From positions 30,625-94,624 of the forward strand of contig CAKPHC010000006.1 of NCBI GenBank assembly GCA_934155645.1: a stretch of 64,000 nt of DNA, given 5' to 3'. Below, piece by piece: positions 28,234-38,565 of this stretch (positions within the stretch are counted from its first letter, which is position 1; every line of letters starts with the position of its first letter). A program made the translations under genes and the position numbers. This stretch comes from an uncultured Bacilli bacterium (GTDB lineage: Bacteria; Bacillota_I; Bacilli_A; RF39; UBA660). Below the pieces are notes generated by a model. The model was not told the origin of the DNA. It searched no databases and saw nothing but the letters and a program-made list of their open reading frames with translations.

Positions 28234-29716
28234 GTTTATCCTTCCTTTTTTCTAGTATATAACATTTAGGATTAGAAACAGTGTCACTTGATATAATAAC
28301 TTTACCATCTCTTATACCATTGGAATCTATTTCATTAAAGATATCAGAAAAAGTATCATCTACTACTGATTTTAGTCCTCTAGCACCAGAACCCATATTA
28401 TCAGCTTTTTTAGCAACAGTTTCAATAAATCCCTTTTTATCTATATATACTATTTTTACTTTATCTTTTTTATATAGTGCTGTTTCATAAACTTTTAAAT
28501 CACTTATAGAAGATTCTCTTAAAAGTTTTTCTAAATCTTGTTGTTTTAATTGTCTAATAGGAATTTTTATAGGTAATCTTCCTATCATCTCTGCCATTAT
28601 ACCATATTTTACAAATTCATCATTAGTAATTTCTGTAATTTCTGTATTATTTTCTTGTTCTTTATTGGAAAATCCTACTACATTTCTTTTTTTCTCTTTT
28701 GTTAAATCAGCAAAAGCCCCGCATAGTATAAATGTTATATTAGAAGTATTCATAAGTAATTGGTCACTTGTTCTATTACTATCATTTATATCAAATTCTC
28801 CGCCTTCAATAATTTTAAGTAATTCTTCTTGAACATCTACTTTATTTACACTGTCTTTGCTACCTGCTAATTTATCAAATTCATCTAAAACAATAATACC
28901 TTTTTCAGCTTTTGCCATGTTGTTACCACTTGCTACATATAATCTTCTTAAAATCTTCTTAACTGAATCTCCTACATATCCACTAGCAGTATAAGAAGTT
29001 AAATCTTCTATTATAAGAGGTACTCTTACTTCTTTAGCAATGCTTCTTATTAACTCTGTTTTACCACAACCAGTTGGACCATATAATAAGATATTAGATT
29101 TCATTTTATCTATGTCACCATATTTTATATTTTTACATATAGCACCTATTAGTCTAAGAGCAGCATCATCTTGTCCAACTACTCTTTGAGTTACTTTTTT
29201 AAATACTTCCTTTGGACTATTATAACTTGCATGAATAGGTGTAACTTTTTTATTTTGTTTAATCTCTCCTACTTTATTTACAAATTCTCTTCCTAATTGA
29301 TGAATAAGACTTTTATTAAGGTCTACTACTTCCATTGTTTTATCTTTTAGTTTTATTGCAAAACAATTTGCATTTTCCATTTCATTAGCTTTCTCAAGCA
29401 TAAATGTATATCTTTTTACGAATTCAAAATAAAATTTAGCACACATTTCTGAATAGGTAACATCTTCTTCAGGAAATCCTCCATCTAGGAAAAACTTTCT
29501 TAGAACATCTTCTTCTACTGGAAAGGCATATAAATTATCACAGTTATTTATTCCTTTATATATATCTACTTTCTTGTATTCTCTATCATAGTCATCAGTT
29601 AGTACACCTATATCATCTATTGTACCTTCTACTATATTAATTGGTTTTAACATAATATTGTGTTCGTTTATCACAGTTGCCGAAAAAATAATACCATACA
29701 TATTAGTTTTACTCAT
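28181..29716 (-). CDS. ClpX-like AAA+ unfoldase lacking the zinc-finger N-domain
   Basis: LLYGPTGCGKTE (Walker A), ASGYVGDSV (pore-1 GYVG), IIVLDEFDK (Walker B), VVGFSN (IGF-loop-like), GARGLKSVV (sensor 2). The first ~190 residues have no CxxC pairs. Start moved to MSKTN (GGGGGA RBS). Confidence 0.75.
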   Translation of the reverse strand: MSKTNMYGIIFSATVINEHNIMLKPINIVEGTIDDIGVLTDDYDREYKKVDIYKGINNCDNLYAFPVEEDVLRKFFLDGGFPEEDVTYSEMCAKFYFEFVKRYTFMLEKANEMENANCFAIKLKDKTMEVVDLNKSLIHQLGREFVNKVGEIKQNKKVTPIHASYNSPKEVFKKVTQRVVGQDDAALRLIGAICKNIKYGDIDKMKSNILLYGPTGCGKTELIRSIAKEVRVPLIIEDLTSYTASGYVGDSVKKILRRLYVASGNNMAKAEKGIIVLDEFDKLAGSKDSVNKVDVQEELLKIIEGGEFDINDSNRTSDQLLMNTSNITFILCGAFADLTKEKKRNVVGFSNKEQENNTEITEITNDEFVKYGIMAEMIGRLPIKIPIRQLKQQDLEKLLRESSISDLKVYETALYKKDKVKIVYIDKKGFIETVAKKADNMGSGARGLKSVVDDTFSDIFNEIDSNGIRDGKVIISSDTVSNPKCYILEKRKDKHEFSRKLGERDRQNYRK

Positions 29717-29783
29717 AATATCCCCCATTTCTTAGTTGTTTATTATATATAAATTTATTTAGAAATACAAGAAAAAAAGACGC

Positions 29784-29969
29784 TTATTCAGCATCTTTAG
29801 TTTCAACAACTTTTTTTCCTTTATAACTTCCACATTCTTTACATACACGATGTGGTTTAATTACTGCTCCACATTCTTTACAAGTAGTAGTTCCAACTAC
29901 TTCTAAAGCGTTATGACTTCTTCTCATTCTTTTTCTTGTTTTTGAAACTTTTCTAAATGGTACAGCCAT
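29784..29969 (-). CDS. rpmF: 50S ribosomal protein L32
   Basis: [19 protein letters not shown] and CxxC..CxxC. Confidence 0.95.
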   Translation of the reverse strand: MAVPFRKVSKTRKRMRRSHNALEVVGTTTCKECGAVIKPHRVCKECGSYKGKKVVETKDAE

Positions 29970-29973
29970 GTTA

Positions 29974-30435
29974 TCACTCCTCTTTCTTATTTTCAGCTAA
30001 GATGCTAAAAGGATTATCTCTTTTTATCTCATCTTCACTAATTACTTTCCATCCATCCCCTTGATATTTACTTAAATCTTCCACAACAGTGTATTTAAGT
30101 GGGACCTCTAAGACAATATTTTGCCACAAAACTTCAAGAATATCAATAGTATTTTGATTATTTTCTAGAAATTCGTCCAAATTTTCATCTAATTCTGTTG
30201 AAAAATGGTAATCTACATCATCTAGACTTATTGCATCTTCTAATATCATAGTACCTGTAAGAGTTCCTATTAAGTCGATAGTATCATCACTACCATTACT
30301 TATTTTACCTTTAAAATGGACATCTTTAAGTCTTTTTACAACACTAGAAGTATATTCTTCATTGAATACTAAATCAGTATCTAGGTTTATTTCTTCTTTA
30401 TTATGACAAAATAATTCATCTAATTCTATAATCAT
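29974..30435 (-). CDS. yceD: YceD/DUF177 family protein
   Basis: Acidic ~150-aa protein immediately upstream of rpmF (conserved pairing). Start moved to ATG after GGAGGTG. Confidence 0.7.
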   Translation of the reverse strand: MIIELDELFCHNKEEINLDTDLVFNEEYTSSVVKRLKDVHFKGKISNGSDDTIDLIGTLTGTMILEDAISLDDVDYHFSTELDENLDEFLENNQNTIDILEVLWQNIVLEVPLKYTVVEDLSKYQGDGWKVISEDEIKRDNPFSILAENKKEE

Positions 30436-30482
30436 TTCCAACACCTCCAAAGATTATAACTTAATTTATATATATATGCAAC

Positions 30483-31592
30483 CTATTTTGATATTTGATT
30501 AGGAGTAGTTTTTATTTGAATTTCAGTACTTAGGATACTATCTTTTATTTTATCAAATTTGTCTTTAGACATAGTACCTTTTGATATATCTTGGTATGCA
30601 CATAATGGTGAAAATGCTTCAACCATTAATTCTCTTGTTCTTCTAGCATATTCTGGTACTGGTAATTTATAACAATTACTAGCTAAAGTAAAAATTCCAA
30701 AGCATTTTTTATCAAAATAATCAAAGGCTTTATCACCTTCACAGTAGGTCTTGGCTATTTCACTTTTACTTGCTGTTTCGTTAAATTCTTTTAATACGCA
30801 CATATCGTTTTTATTTCGATATTGATATAATTTATCATCACCTAGAAGGTCAATTAGTTTTTCTGATAATGAGATTAAAGTTGGACTATAACTTGTATTA
30901 ACATGATTAATTGCATTTAACTCTTCCCTTACTTCTCTATAATCTTGTTTCTTCATTAAGCTGGTTAACATATCTTGAGTATATTTTTCATTAATGCCTT
31001 CTTCTATAATAATGTTTTTAGTATCAGTTGTAGTTACTTTTACTTTACCATTACTAGCTTCTACCTGCATTTGTTCTCTAAACATACCATGCTTACTGTT
31101 AATGGTATTACCTTCTTTTATGTATACTGGATTCTGCATTGCAAAGGCATGATTTATTTCGTGGATAAAGTAAGGCATATTAATACTTGTTCCAAATAAT
31201 TCTTTATAACGAGATGCATTGTATTCACCTTGCATATCTTTTACAACAACCCAATTTCTTTCACCTATTACATTAGCATTTTCATCAAATACTGGTACAT
31301 TAGCATAATAAGAACCTGGGTCTTTATCGTTCTGGTATGGGTCTTCTTCAATGAATTCTACATGTTCGTTAACACCTGAAGTCATTTCTCTTTCAATTCT
31401 ATCTCTTGTATCTTTTCCCATATCAGAAGATGAGAAAATTCTTGTATTTTCAAATAGATTACGTATATCTTGTATTTTATCTGTTCCATACTTTTCCACC
31501 ATTAAAGGAAGAGTAAGTCTAATAGCAATTCTTAACTCTTCACTATAATTGTATTTATCAGAAATTGTTTGTACAAAAGTATTGTAATCCAT
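30483..31592 (-). CDS. Hypothetical HExxH protein
   Basis: FIHEINHAF is the only motif recognised. Start moved to MDYNTF (AGGTGA RBS). Confidence 0.45.
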   Translation of the reverse strand: MDYNTFVQTISDKYNYSEELRIAIRLTLPLMVEKYGTDKIQDIRNLFENTRIFSSSDMGKDTRDRIEREMTSGVNEHVEFIEEDPYQNDKDPGSYYANVPVFDENANVIGERNWVVVKDMQGEYNASRYKELFGTSINMPYFIHEINHAFAMQNPVYIKEGNTINSKHGMFREQMQVEASNGKVKVTTTDTKNIIIEEGINEKYTQDMLTSLMKKQDYREVREELNAINHVNTSYSPTLISLSEKLIDLLGDDKLYQYRNKNDMCVLKEFNETASKSEIAKTYCEGDKAFDYFDKKCFGIFTLASNCYKLPVPEYARRTRELMVEAFSPLCAYQDISKGTMSKDKFDKIKDSILSTEIQIKTTPNQISK

Positions 31593-31719
31593 CTTGTTCA
31601 CCTGTAATTATTTTATCATGTCTTGTCTTTATTTTTTATAAAATAGATTACTTTTTACTCTTCTTTACATTTGCTTTATACACTTTTTTTAGTATAATAC
31701 TACTTAAGTGAGGCGTTTT

Positions 31720-32850
31720 ATGAAGAAAATAGGAATTATTTGTGAATACAATCCATTTCATAATGGACATATTTATCATTTGGAAAAAATAAAAGAAATG
31801 TATAATGATTCTCTTATTATTTTAGTTATGTCTTCTTCTTTTACAGAACGTGGTGAACTTAGTATTTTAAATAAATGGGAAAAGGCAGAAATTGCTTTAA
31901 AGTATGGAGTGGATTTAGTAATTGAACTTCCTTTTGAATTTGCTAGTCAAAGTGCCGATGTATTTGCAAGGGGTGCAGTTACATTATTAAAGAAATTACA
32001 AGTAGATACAATTGTATTTGGTAGTGAATCAAATAATAGAGATGAATTAATAAAGATTGCTAATCTTCAATTAAATAATAAGGATTACGATAATAAGGTT
32101 AAGGAATATCTTGATAAAGGAGAGAACTACCCTTCTTCTATGGCACATGCTATTAAAGATATGGGTTTAAATGAAATAAAACTTCCAAATGATATTTTAG
32201 GACTTTCTTATACTAAGGAAATAATAAAACAAAATGCTAATATAGAAGTTGTAACTATTAAAAGAACTAATGATTATCATAATAAAGAATTAAATAATTC
32301 TATTGTAAGTGCATCTGCTATTAGAAATAATTTAAATAATAAAGATATAATTAATTATGTACCTAGTATTACTTATAATTATTTAAAAGAAAAAGTTGTA
32401 AATAATAATTACTTTTTACTATTAAAATATAAAATTATAAGTGAACAAGAAGGTATAAGTAAATATCAAACTGTAGATGAAGGAATTCATAACAGAATAT
32501 TAAAATATATTGAAGAAGTTAATTCAATGGAAGAATTAATATTAAAAATTAAAACTAAAAGATATACTTATAATAAATTAAACAGGATGTTTACTCATAT
32601 ATTATGTGGTTTTACTAAAGAAGAAGCTAAAAATATTGAAATTAAATATATAAGAGTACTAGGATTCTCTAATTTAGGACTAAGTCATTTAAATAAAATA
32701 AAAAAAAGTTCTAGTATTCCTATTATAACTAATTTAAAGAAAGAGTACTCTTCTTTATTAAGCCTTGAGTTAAGAGTGGATAAAATTTATAATTTGATTA
32801 CTAATGATAAAAATAATAGTTATTTGAAAGGACCAATTAAAAAGAATTAA
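31720..32850 (+). CDS. tmcAL: tRNA(Met) cytidine acetate ligase TmcAL (YlbM/UPF0348 nucleotidyltransferase)
   Basis: IICEYNPFHNGHIYHL (HIGH-like) N-terminus typical of YlbM. ATG 31720 preferred over GTG 31708. Confidence 0.8.
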   Translation: MKKIGIICEYNPFHNGHIYHLEKIKEMYNDSLIILVMSSSFTERGELSILNKWEKAEIALKYGVDLVIELPFEFASQSADVFARGAVTLLKKLQVDTIVFGSESNNRDELIKIANLQLNNKDYDNKVKEYLDKGENYPSSMAHAIKDMGLNEIKLPNDILGLSYTKEIIKQNANIEVVTIKRTNDYHNKELNNSIVSASAIRNNLNNKDIINYVPSITYNYLKEKVVNNNYFLLLKYKIISEQEGISKYQTVDEGIHNRILKYIEEVNSMEELILKIKTKRYTYNKLNRMFTHILCGFTKEEAKNIEIKYIRVLGFSNLGLSHLNKIKKSSSIPIITNLKKEYSSLLSLELRVDKIYNLITNDKNNSYLKGPIKKN

Positions 32851-32895
32851 TTGGTTTTTTATTTATATTTTTAATATTTTAGTTAAATACTATAA

Positions 32896-34143
32896 TTGGT
32901 GGTTACTATGATTGAAAAATATGAAATAAGGAAAGTAGATAAAGAAAAAGTATTAGTATTATATCTTAGTTATGATTATGAATTTGGTGGAAGTAATAAC
33001 AGTACTTCTCTATTAAATAGAATTAATGCTTTTATTAAGGCTAATAAGATTAAATGGGATGGTAATAAAGTTATTATTGTTGTAGGAGGATTAATTCTTG
33101 GAACTGTAGTATTAGGTAAGATTGATTTTGATAATAATAGTGATTCTTTTAATTATGTTAGTAATATTATATTAAATCATTTTGATTATGATAATAATGA
33201 GGTTGGATATTCTAAAATTGATATAACAGACCCAGTAATAATAACTGAGGAAAAGGAAGATGATTTAGAAGTTGTGAGTGAAGACCCAGTAATAATTACT
33301 AATGCAAAAGTTGTTGAAAAGGAAGAAATAAAAGAAGAAAAACAAGATAATAATTTAATAACTCTTTATCGAAGTAATGGTACTATTTTAAATATAGAAT
33401 TAGAAGAATATGTAGTTGGGGTTGTTGGAGCTGAAATGCCTGCTTCTTTCAATATCGAGGCTTTAAAAGCACAAAGTGTTGCAGCAAGGACTTATGCTTT
33501 AAAACATTTAAAAGAGAATAAGGTTTTAACTGATGATGTTAAAACACAAGTATATAATGATAATAATGAGCTGAAAGAAAAATGGAAAGATACTTTTGAT
33601 GTCTATTATAATAAGGTTAAATCAGCTGTAGAAAGTACTAAGGGTCAAGTAATGATGTATGATAATGATTATATTGAGGCTTTATACCACTCTACTAGCA
33701 ATGGCTATACTGAGGATTGTTATCAAGTTTTCGGATATAGTTATCCTTATCTAGAAAGTGTTAATTCTAGTTGGGATTTAAGTGCAACTAGTTTTTTAAG
33801 AAATGTTACCTACTCTTTTGATGAATTTAGTAAATTACTTAATATTAATTTTGATGAAAATACTGAAGTTGAAATATTATCTAGAACTAATTCTGGAAGA
33901 GTTTCTACTTTGAGAATTGGTGATAATTATTATAGTGGTATTGATTTTCGTAAAATGCTTGGATTAAGGTCAGCTGACTTTGATATTGAAGTTACCCCTA
34001 TTAATGTAATTATAACTACTAGAGGATACGGTCATGGTGTTGGATTAAGTCAATATGGTGCTAATGGGATGGCTAATAGTGGCAAAACTTATGTAGAAAT
34101 ATTAAAACACTATTACAAAGGTATTACAATTAAGACTATATAA
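32896..34143 (+). CDS. spoIID: SpoIID/LytB-domain protein (stage II sporulation protein D-like)
   Basis: EEYVVGVVGAEMPASFNIEALKAQSVAARTYAL..YHSTSNGYTE..GHGVGLSQYGANGMA. The start is either TTG 32896 or ATG 32908. Confidence 0.85.
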   Translation: MVVTMIEKYEIRKVDKEKVLVLYLSYDYEFGGSNNSTSLLNRINAFIKANKIKWDGNKVIIVVGGLILGTVVLGKIDFDNNSDSFNYVSNIILNHFDYDNNEVGYSKIDITDPVIITEEKEDDLEVVSEDPVIITNAKVVEKEEIKEEKQDNNLITLYRSNGTILNIELEEYVVGVVGAEMPASFNIEALKAQSVAARTYALKHLKENKVLTDDVKTQVYNDNNELKEKWKDTFDVYYNKVKSAVESTKGQVMMYDNDYIEALYHSTSNGYTEDCYQVFGYSYPYLESVNSSWDLSATSFLRNVTYSFDEFSKLLNINFDENTEVEILSRTNSGRVSTLRIGDNYYSGIDFRKMLGLRSADFDIEVTPINVIITTRGYGHGVGLSQYGANGMANSGKTYVEILKHYYKGITIKTI

Positions 34144-34146
34144 TTT

Positions 34147-34167
34147 GAGCGAAATTCGCTCTTTTTT
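34147..34167 (+). terminator. spoIID terminator
   Basis: GAGCG-aaatt-CGCTC + T6. Confidence 0.7.
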
Positions 34168-34168
34168 A

Positions 34169-34200
34169 TTGACATATATTAACTAAAATGTTAATATATG
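34169..34200 (+). promoter_or_regulatory. Promoter with overlapping 11-bp perfect inverted repeat (putative TA operator)
   Basis: TTGACA-17 nt-TAATAT. CATATATTAAC-taaaat-GTTAATATATG spans from the -35 to the -10. Confidence 0.55.
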
Positions 34201-34210
34201 CTTATATTAA

Positions 34211-34552
34211 AGAAAGAGGGATTTTCCAACGCAACTTGATACTAATTACTTAAAAAAAGAAAGAAAAAAACTAAAAAAGCATTTCATTGAGGAACAGAGG
34301 CTAGATAAAATTTTAGTCCATATCAAGCAGTGTCAATCATATAATGAATTATATAATAACCCTATTTCTTACATATACGGTTTTGAAGAACTGAGGCATG
34401 AAATGACTGGTTTTTGTAGTTTCAATCTTTGTAAAAATGGTGGCACTATCAGATTAATCTTTACCGTGGATAAAGATAAAAATTTAGTCATTATTAAATA
34501 CATCTCAATGGACCACTATAAAGATTTTAAAAGAAAAATAAAGGAAGATTAA
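34211..34552 (+). pseudogene. RelE/HigB-like toxin ORF with no canonical start codon
   Basis: The 113-codon stop-to-stop frame reads ..DFPTQLDTNYLKKERKKLKKHFIEEQRLDKILVHIKQ..YGFEELRHEMTGFCSFNLCKNGGTIRLIFTVDKDKNLVIIKYISMDHY. It has the RelE/ParE-superfamily pattern, ends 1 nt before the XRE gene, and has no ATG/GTG/TTG in the first 63 codons. Confidence 0.5.
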
Positions 34553-34553
34553 C

Positions 34554-35582
34554 ATGAATAATATAAGATTTAAAGATTTTTTAATTGATTACTTAGAGGC
34601 AAATAATATAACAAATAAGGACTTTGCTAATAGACTTGGAATTACTCCTAAACATCTTATTGATATATTATCTGGTACTACTCAATTATCATCTCAATTA
34701 ATTGATAAAATATCATTTATTACCGATATACCTGCTGACTATATATATAGAATTGAATCAAACTATAACTTGGAATCAAGAATAGATACATTTTTAATTA
34801 GAGAAGACCTAAGCGAAACGGATTACCTTAATAAATTTGATTATAAATATCTAATTAAAGATAATTATATAGATATTACTGATAAAAATGATAAACTTGA
34901 AATAATTAAAGATATATTAAAATTTTTAAGAGTACCTAGTCCTGAAGAAATTTATAAAATAGATAACAACGCTTATTTTAAAAGTAAAAATGATAAACCT
35001 GAACTTTTACTTTTATGGCTTGAAAAATGTTACCGAGAAACATTAAAACAAGAAGTATCAGAATATCATAAAGAAAATATTGATGTCTTAGTAGACTATG
35101 TATCCAAATCTGCTAAAGATGGAAAATATAACGAGGGAGAACTTATTAATGAGTTTAATAAAAATGGAATATTCCTAGTTATTCAAGATGATATTCCTGG
35201 TTCAAAAATTAGAGGTGCATTTAAAGTTCATCGTGGTATACCTGCAATATATTTAACTCATAAGCATAAAAGAATTGCTGATATATATTTTGCTTTACTA
35301 CATGAGTTAGCACACTGTAAAACAGACTTTAATAAAGCCCAAGCGACTAATCTAATCTCATATGAAACATGTGATGATAAAGAAGAAGTAAAAAGAGATA
35401 ATCAAGCTTTTAATTGGGCAGTCGATGATAATTATTACTATAATATTTGTTGTAAAAAAGATTATGACATTGAAAAAGAAACTGAATTTCCAAAGTGTTT
35501 CGTCCTATATCGTTTAGCAAAAGATGGCAAAATTAAATATAGTGACTCTAAATATCAAAAATATAATTTCTTACTAAATTAA
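34554..35582 (+). CDS. XRE-family HTH (HigA-like) fused to an ImmA/IrrE-type metallopeptidase domain
   Basis: N-terminal ITNKDFANRLGITPKHLIDILSG HTH; central HELAHC (HExxH) in the COG2856-like context. Confidence 0.75.
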   Translation: MNNIRFKDFLIDYLEANNITNKDFANRLGITPKHLIDILSGTTQLSSQLIDKISFITDIPADYIYRIESNYNLESRIDTFLIREDLSETDYLNKFDYKYLIKDNYIDITDKNDKLEIIKDILKFLRVPSPEEIYKIDNNAYFKSKNDKPELLLLWLEKCYRETLKQEVSEYHKENIDVLVDYVSKSAKDGKYNEGELINEFNKNGIFLVIQDDIPGSKIRGAFKVHRGIPAIYLTHKHKRIADIYFALLHELAHCKTDFNKAQATNLISYETCDDKEEVKRDNQAFNWAVDDNYYYNICCKKDYDIEKETEFPKCFVLYRLAKDGKIKYSDSKYQKYNFLLN

Positions 35583-35583
35583 A

Positions 35584-35612
35584 AGAATGCTTCAACGCAT
35601 TCTTATTTTTTT
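35584..35612. terminator. Bidirectional hairpin between convergent genes
   Basis: AGAATGC-ttcaac-GCATTCT + T-run; overlaps the rnhB stop. Confidence 0.6.
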
Positions 35613-36241
35613 ACATAATCACATACTGGTTTAAATGTTTTTCTATGCTGTTCTATTATTCCATATTCTTTTATTGCTTCTACATGTTTTTTAGTAGGAT
35701 ATCCTTTATTATGTTTAAAATCATACATTGGATACTTTTCATCTAATTCATCCATCATCCTATCTCTTGTTACTTTTGCTATTACACTAGCGGCAGAAAT
35801 AGTAATGCTTTTTAAGTCACCTTTAATAATTGAAGTAGATGGAACACTTAAGTTTTCTAATTTCATAGCATCGATTAAAACATGTTCAATCTTGCATGGG
35901 CATTTAGAAATAGCTTCATACATTGCTAATTTAGTAGCTTCATATATGTTTACTTCATCTATTACCTTTTCACTTTTTATTCCTATACCTACTCCTAGTG
36001 CTTGTTCCATAATAATGTCATAAAACAAATCACGTTTTTTAGCAGTTAACTTCTTGGAATCAGTAAGACCTTCTAACTTAAAGTCATGAGGTAACACTAC
36101 ACATGCGGTTACAACTGGTCCTACTAAAGGCCCTCTTCCCACTTCATCAACACCTGCAATAAAATTTATACCTTTATCATATAATTCACGTTCATATTTT
36201 GTATTATCTATTTTATTTAACTGGGTTGTAGACTCTGCCAT
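35603..36241 (-). CDS. rnhB: Ribonuclease HII
   Basis: [15 protein letters not shown] and DSKKLT motifs. Confidence 0.95.
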   Translation of the reverse strand: MAESTTQLNKIDNTKYERELYDKGINFIAGVDEVGRGPLVGPVVTACVVLPHDFKLEGLTDSKKLTAKKRDLFYDIIMEQALGVGIGIKSEKVIDEVNIYEATKLAMYEAISKCPCKIEHVLIDAMKLENLSVPSTSIIKGDLKSITISAASVIAKVTRDRMMDELDEKYPMYDFKHNKGYPTKKHVEAIKEYGIIEQHRKTFKPVCDYVKK

Positions 36242-36737
36242 CTTTACCTACAAATTTAATATTAGCGCGATAATCTTCATGAACATAAACCCTAACTAAA
36301 GGATATTTTAATAAATTATAATTGTAAATAGTTTTATCATTTAAACTATTAATTCCTAAATCATATAAAGATACAATGTTCTTCCACTCAGGAACTAAAT
36401 CACTATCTAAATTAATTCTATTTACTTCTTTATTATTACTTTTAACAGTAGAATAATTGCTATGTAACATTAACATTTCAGCATAGTTGATTTCGATTCT
36501 TACTTTATTAGTTAAGTTGTTATCTATTATTAATTGCATATTTTTATTAGTATTACTATTGCTTAGTATAAATTCTTTATCTTTAGATATTTCATATTCT
36601 AAAACTTCTTCTTGCATTACGATATTTGAGGCTAAATTAGTATCTATTTTATAATCAATAGTTTCAATATAAAAGTAAGTAGCACCTACTAGAAAAATAA
36701 CAAATCCTAGGAATAATTTAAATAAATATTTTCTCAT
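36213..36737 (-). CDS. Hypothetical membrane-anchored protein
   Basis: Single N-terminal TM segment; GGAGG RBS; start overlaps the upstream stop. Confidence 0.55.
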   Translation of the reverse strand: MRKYLFKLFLGFVIFLVGATYFYIETIDYKIDTNLASNIVMQEEVLEYEISKDKEFILSNSNTNKNMQLIIDNNLTNKVRIEINYAEMLMLHSNYSTVKSNNKEVNRINLDSDLVPEWKNIVSLYDLGINSLNDKTIYNYNLLKYPLVRVYVHEDYRANIKFVGKDGRVYNPVK

Positions 36738-37393
36738 TATTTTTCGCCTCCTTTATCAAAATAAACAACATCTGATACATATGATAAAGAGACACTTACC
36801 ATAACGATTAATCCAATAACCATTATAAATGGTCCAATTATTAGTATTCCATGTGATAGTACTGCAAATAACATACCTAAAGCACTAAATAAGAATAAAT
36901 CTGCTAACATTAATGGAATTAGTGCTATACCTATTATTACTTGGAAAATACTTTCTAAAGCACAATAGAAATTCTTACCTATTTGTGGATTTTCTTTTAT
37001 AGAGAATTGATATTCTTTATTTCTTGCCATATTATAAATAACTTTAAATAATATGATTAAAGATATAATTCCATATGCATAATCAATAGTAGAAGTCCAT
37101 ACTGCAAATATACCCCATTTAAACGCAGAACCAAATAAATATATAATTGCTTCTCCTAATTTTCCTACTATAAAGAAAGGTAGTTTTAAAATCCAAAGTA
37201 GTAATAAACAACTAATAATTCTGATAATAGCTTTTGCTATAGGTTTATCATTTTTATTAGATAAGAAACTACTTACCTTCTTTATTGCTGTTACAAATGC
37301 TGATGTTAAAACATCCAAAAAATAATTAAATGAGTATTTTTGTTCTTTCTTTGATGTGGTTTTTTTCTTTTCTTTTTCTTTCAAATTAACCAA
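36737..37393 (-). CDS. Hypothetical polytopic membrane protein
   Basis: Lys-rich N-terminus followed by several hydrophobic segments. TTG start; exact position uncertain. Confidence 0.5.
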   Translation of the reverse strand: MVNLKEKEKKKTTSKKEQKYSFNYFLDVLTSAFVTAIKKVSSFLSNKNDKPIAKAIIRIISCLLLLWILKLPFFIVGKLGEAIIYLFGSAFKWGIFAVWTSTIDYAYGIISLIILFKVIYNMARNKEYQFSIKENPQIGKNFYCALESIFQVIIGIALIPLMLADLFLFSALGMLFAVLSHGILIIGPFIMVIGLIVMVSVSLSYVSDVVYFDKGGEK

Positions 37394-37446
37394 CTCCTAT
37401 TATAAGATGATTATATCAAAAGAATTATTCTATATCAAGAATAATC

Positions 37447-38511
37447 CTATGCTTTATTTTTATCTTTTATATCATCTAATTTTTCATCAATATCTTTCTT
37501 ATAAAACTTCCATGTTGCTATAGTAATGATTGCTAGAGGTAAGGAAATAATAATTCCTAGAACTCCAAATAATATACCTCCTGCAAATACTGAGAATATT
37601 ACTACTAATGGATGTACTTCATTAGTTTTACCATATACAAATGGATTAATTACGTATCCATCTATTGCTGATAAGATAAAGAAACATATTATTGTTCTAA
37701 TAAATAATCCTGGACTTATTACAAATGCTGTTATAGCAGCAATAATATTAGTAATTATTCCTCCAAAATAAGGAATTAATGTTGCTATTGCAGCTAAGAA
37801 ACCTAGAAGAATTGCATTAGGATGTCCTATTATTAGAAATGCTAAAGTATACTCTATTAAAGTAATTCCTACTATTTTAATAAAACCACTTAAATAATTA
37901 CGCATTTCGGTATCTAATATTTTTACATAATTAAATGCTCTTTTATTCTTACGGCGTAAAAACAATTTTATTTCTTTTCTTATTTTATCCATATCTACTA
38001 ACAAGTATATAGAAGATGCAAACGCAATAAGAAGAATAGATAATATACTAAGCGAACTATTTATAGCACTAACTGCTCCGTCAGATACATATTTACCTAA
38101 ACCAGATATTATCTCATTAAATGTATTAGTTAATGTTTCTTGTAATGGTCCTAATTCTAAATCATAATTAGTCATAAGTTCTTTTACAAATGTTAATATT
38201 CCATTAAATAGACTAGATAATTGACTAAACAATAATGGGAATATTAAAGCAATTAATAATACTACAAGTCCTAATATTATGCCAACTATAATAAATATTG
38301 CCACAGTTTTTGGTATTTTCTTCTTTATCATGAATTGTAAAAAGGGATACAAAGCATATGCTAAAACAAATGCTATAAAGAACGGGAATATTATTGATAA
38401 TATCTTACCTACTATTCCTAACCATAAAGGTCCCGTTCTATATAAAACTAAAACTATTACTGATATAAGTGCTAGATTAACTAACTTATAATTTATTTTA
38501 TCTTTGAACAT
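37447..38511 (-). CDS. AI-2E family transporter (PerM/UPF0118)
   Basis: ~8 TM segments with the typical PYFGG and NP..YGK regions. Confidence 0.75.
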   Translation of the reverse strand: MFKDKINYKLVNLALISVIVLVLYRTGPLWLGIVGKILSIIFPFFIAFVLAYALYPFLQFMIKKKIPKTVAIFIIVGIILGLVVLLIALIFPLLFSQLSSLFNGILTFVKELMTNYDLELGPLQETLTNTFNEIISGLGKYVSDGAVSAINSSLSILSILLIAFASSIYLLVDMDKIRKEIKLFLRRKNKRAFNYVKILDTEMRNYLSGFIKIVGITLIEYTLAFLIIGHPNAILLGFLAAIATLIPYFGGIITNIIAAITAFVISPGLFIRTIICFFILSAIDGYVINPFVYGKTNEVHPLVVIFSVFAGGILFGVLGIIISLPLAIITIATWKFYKKDIDEKLDDIKDKNKA

Positions 38512-38565
38512 ATTATCACCTTCTATTAAATTATAACAAATAGAAAAAAAGAATTAAATCTTTTT

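Noticed and set aside
34144-35582. Prophage or integrative element suggested by the XRE-ImmA/IrrE gene
   Set aside because: There is no integrase, recombinase, structural or replication gene, or att-like repeat nearby. The flanks are spoIID and rnhB, so it looks like an isolated two-gene module.
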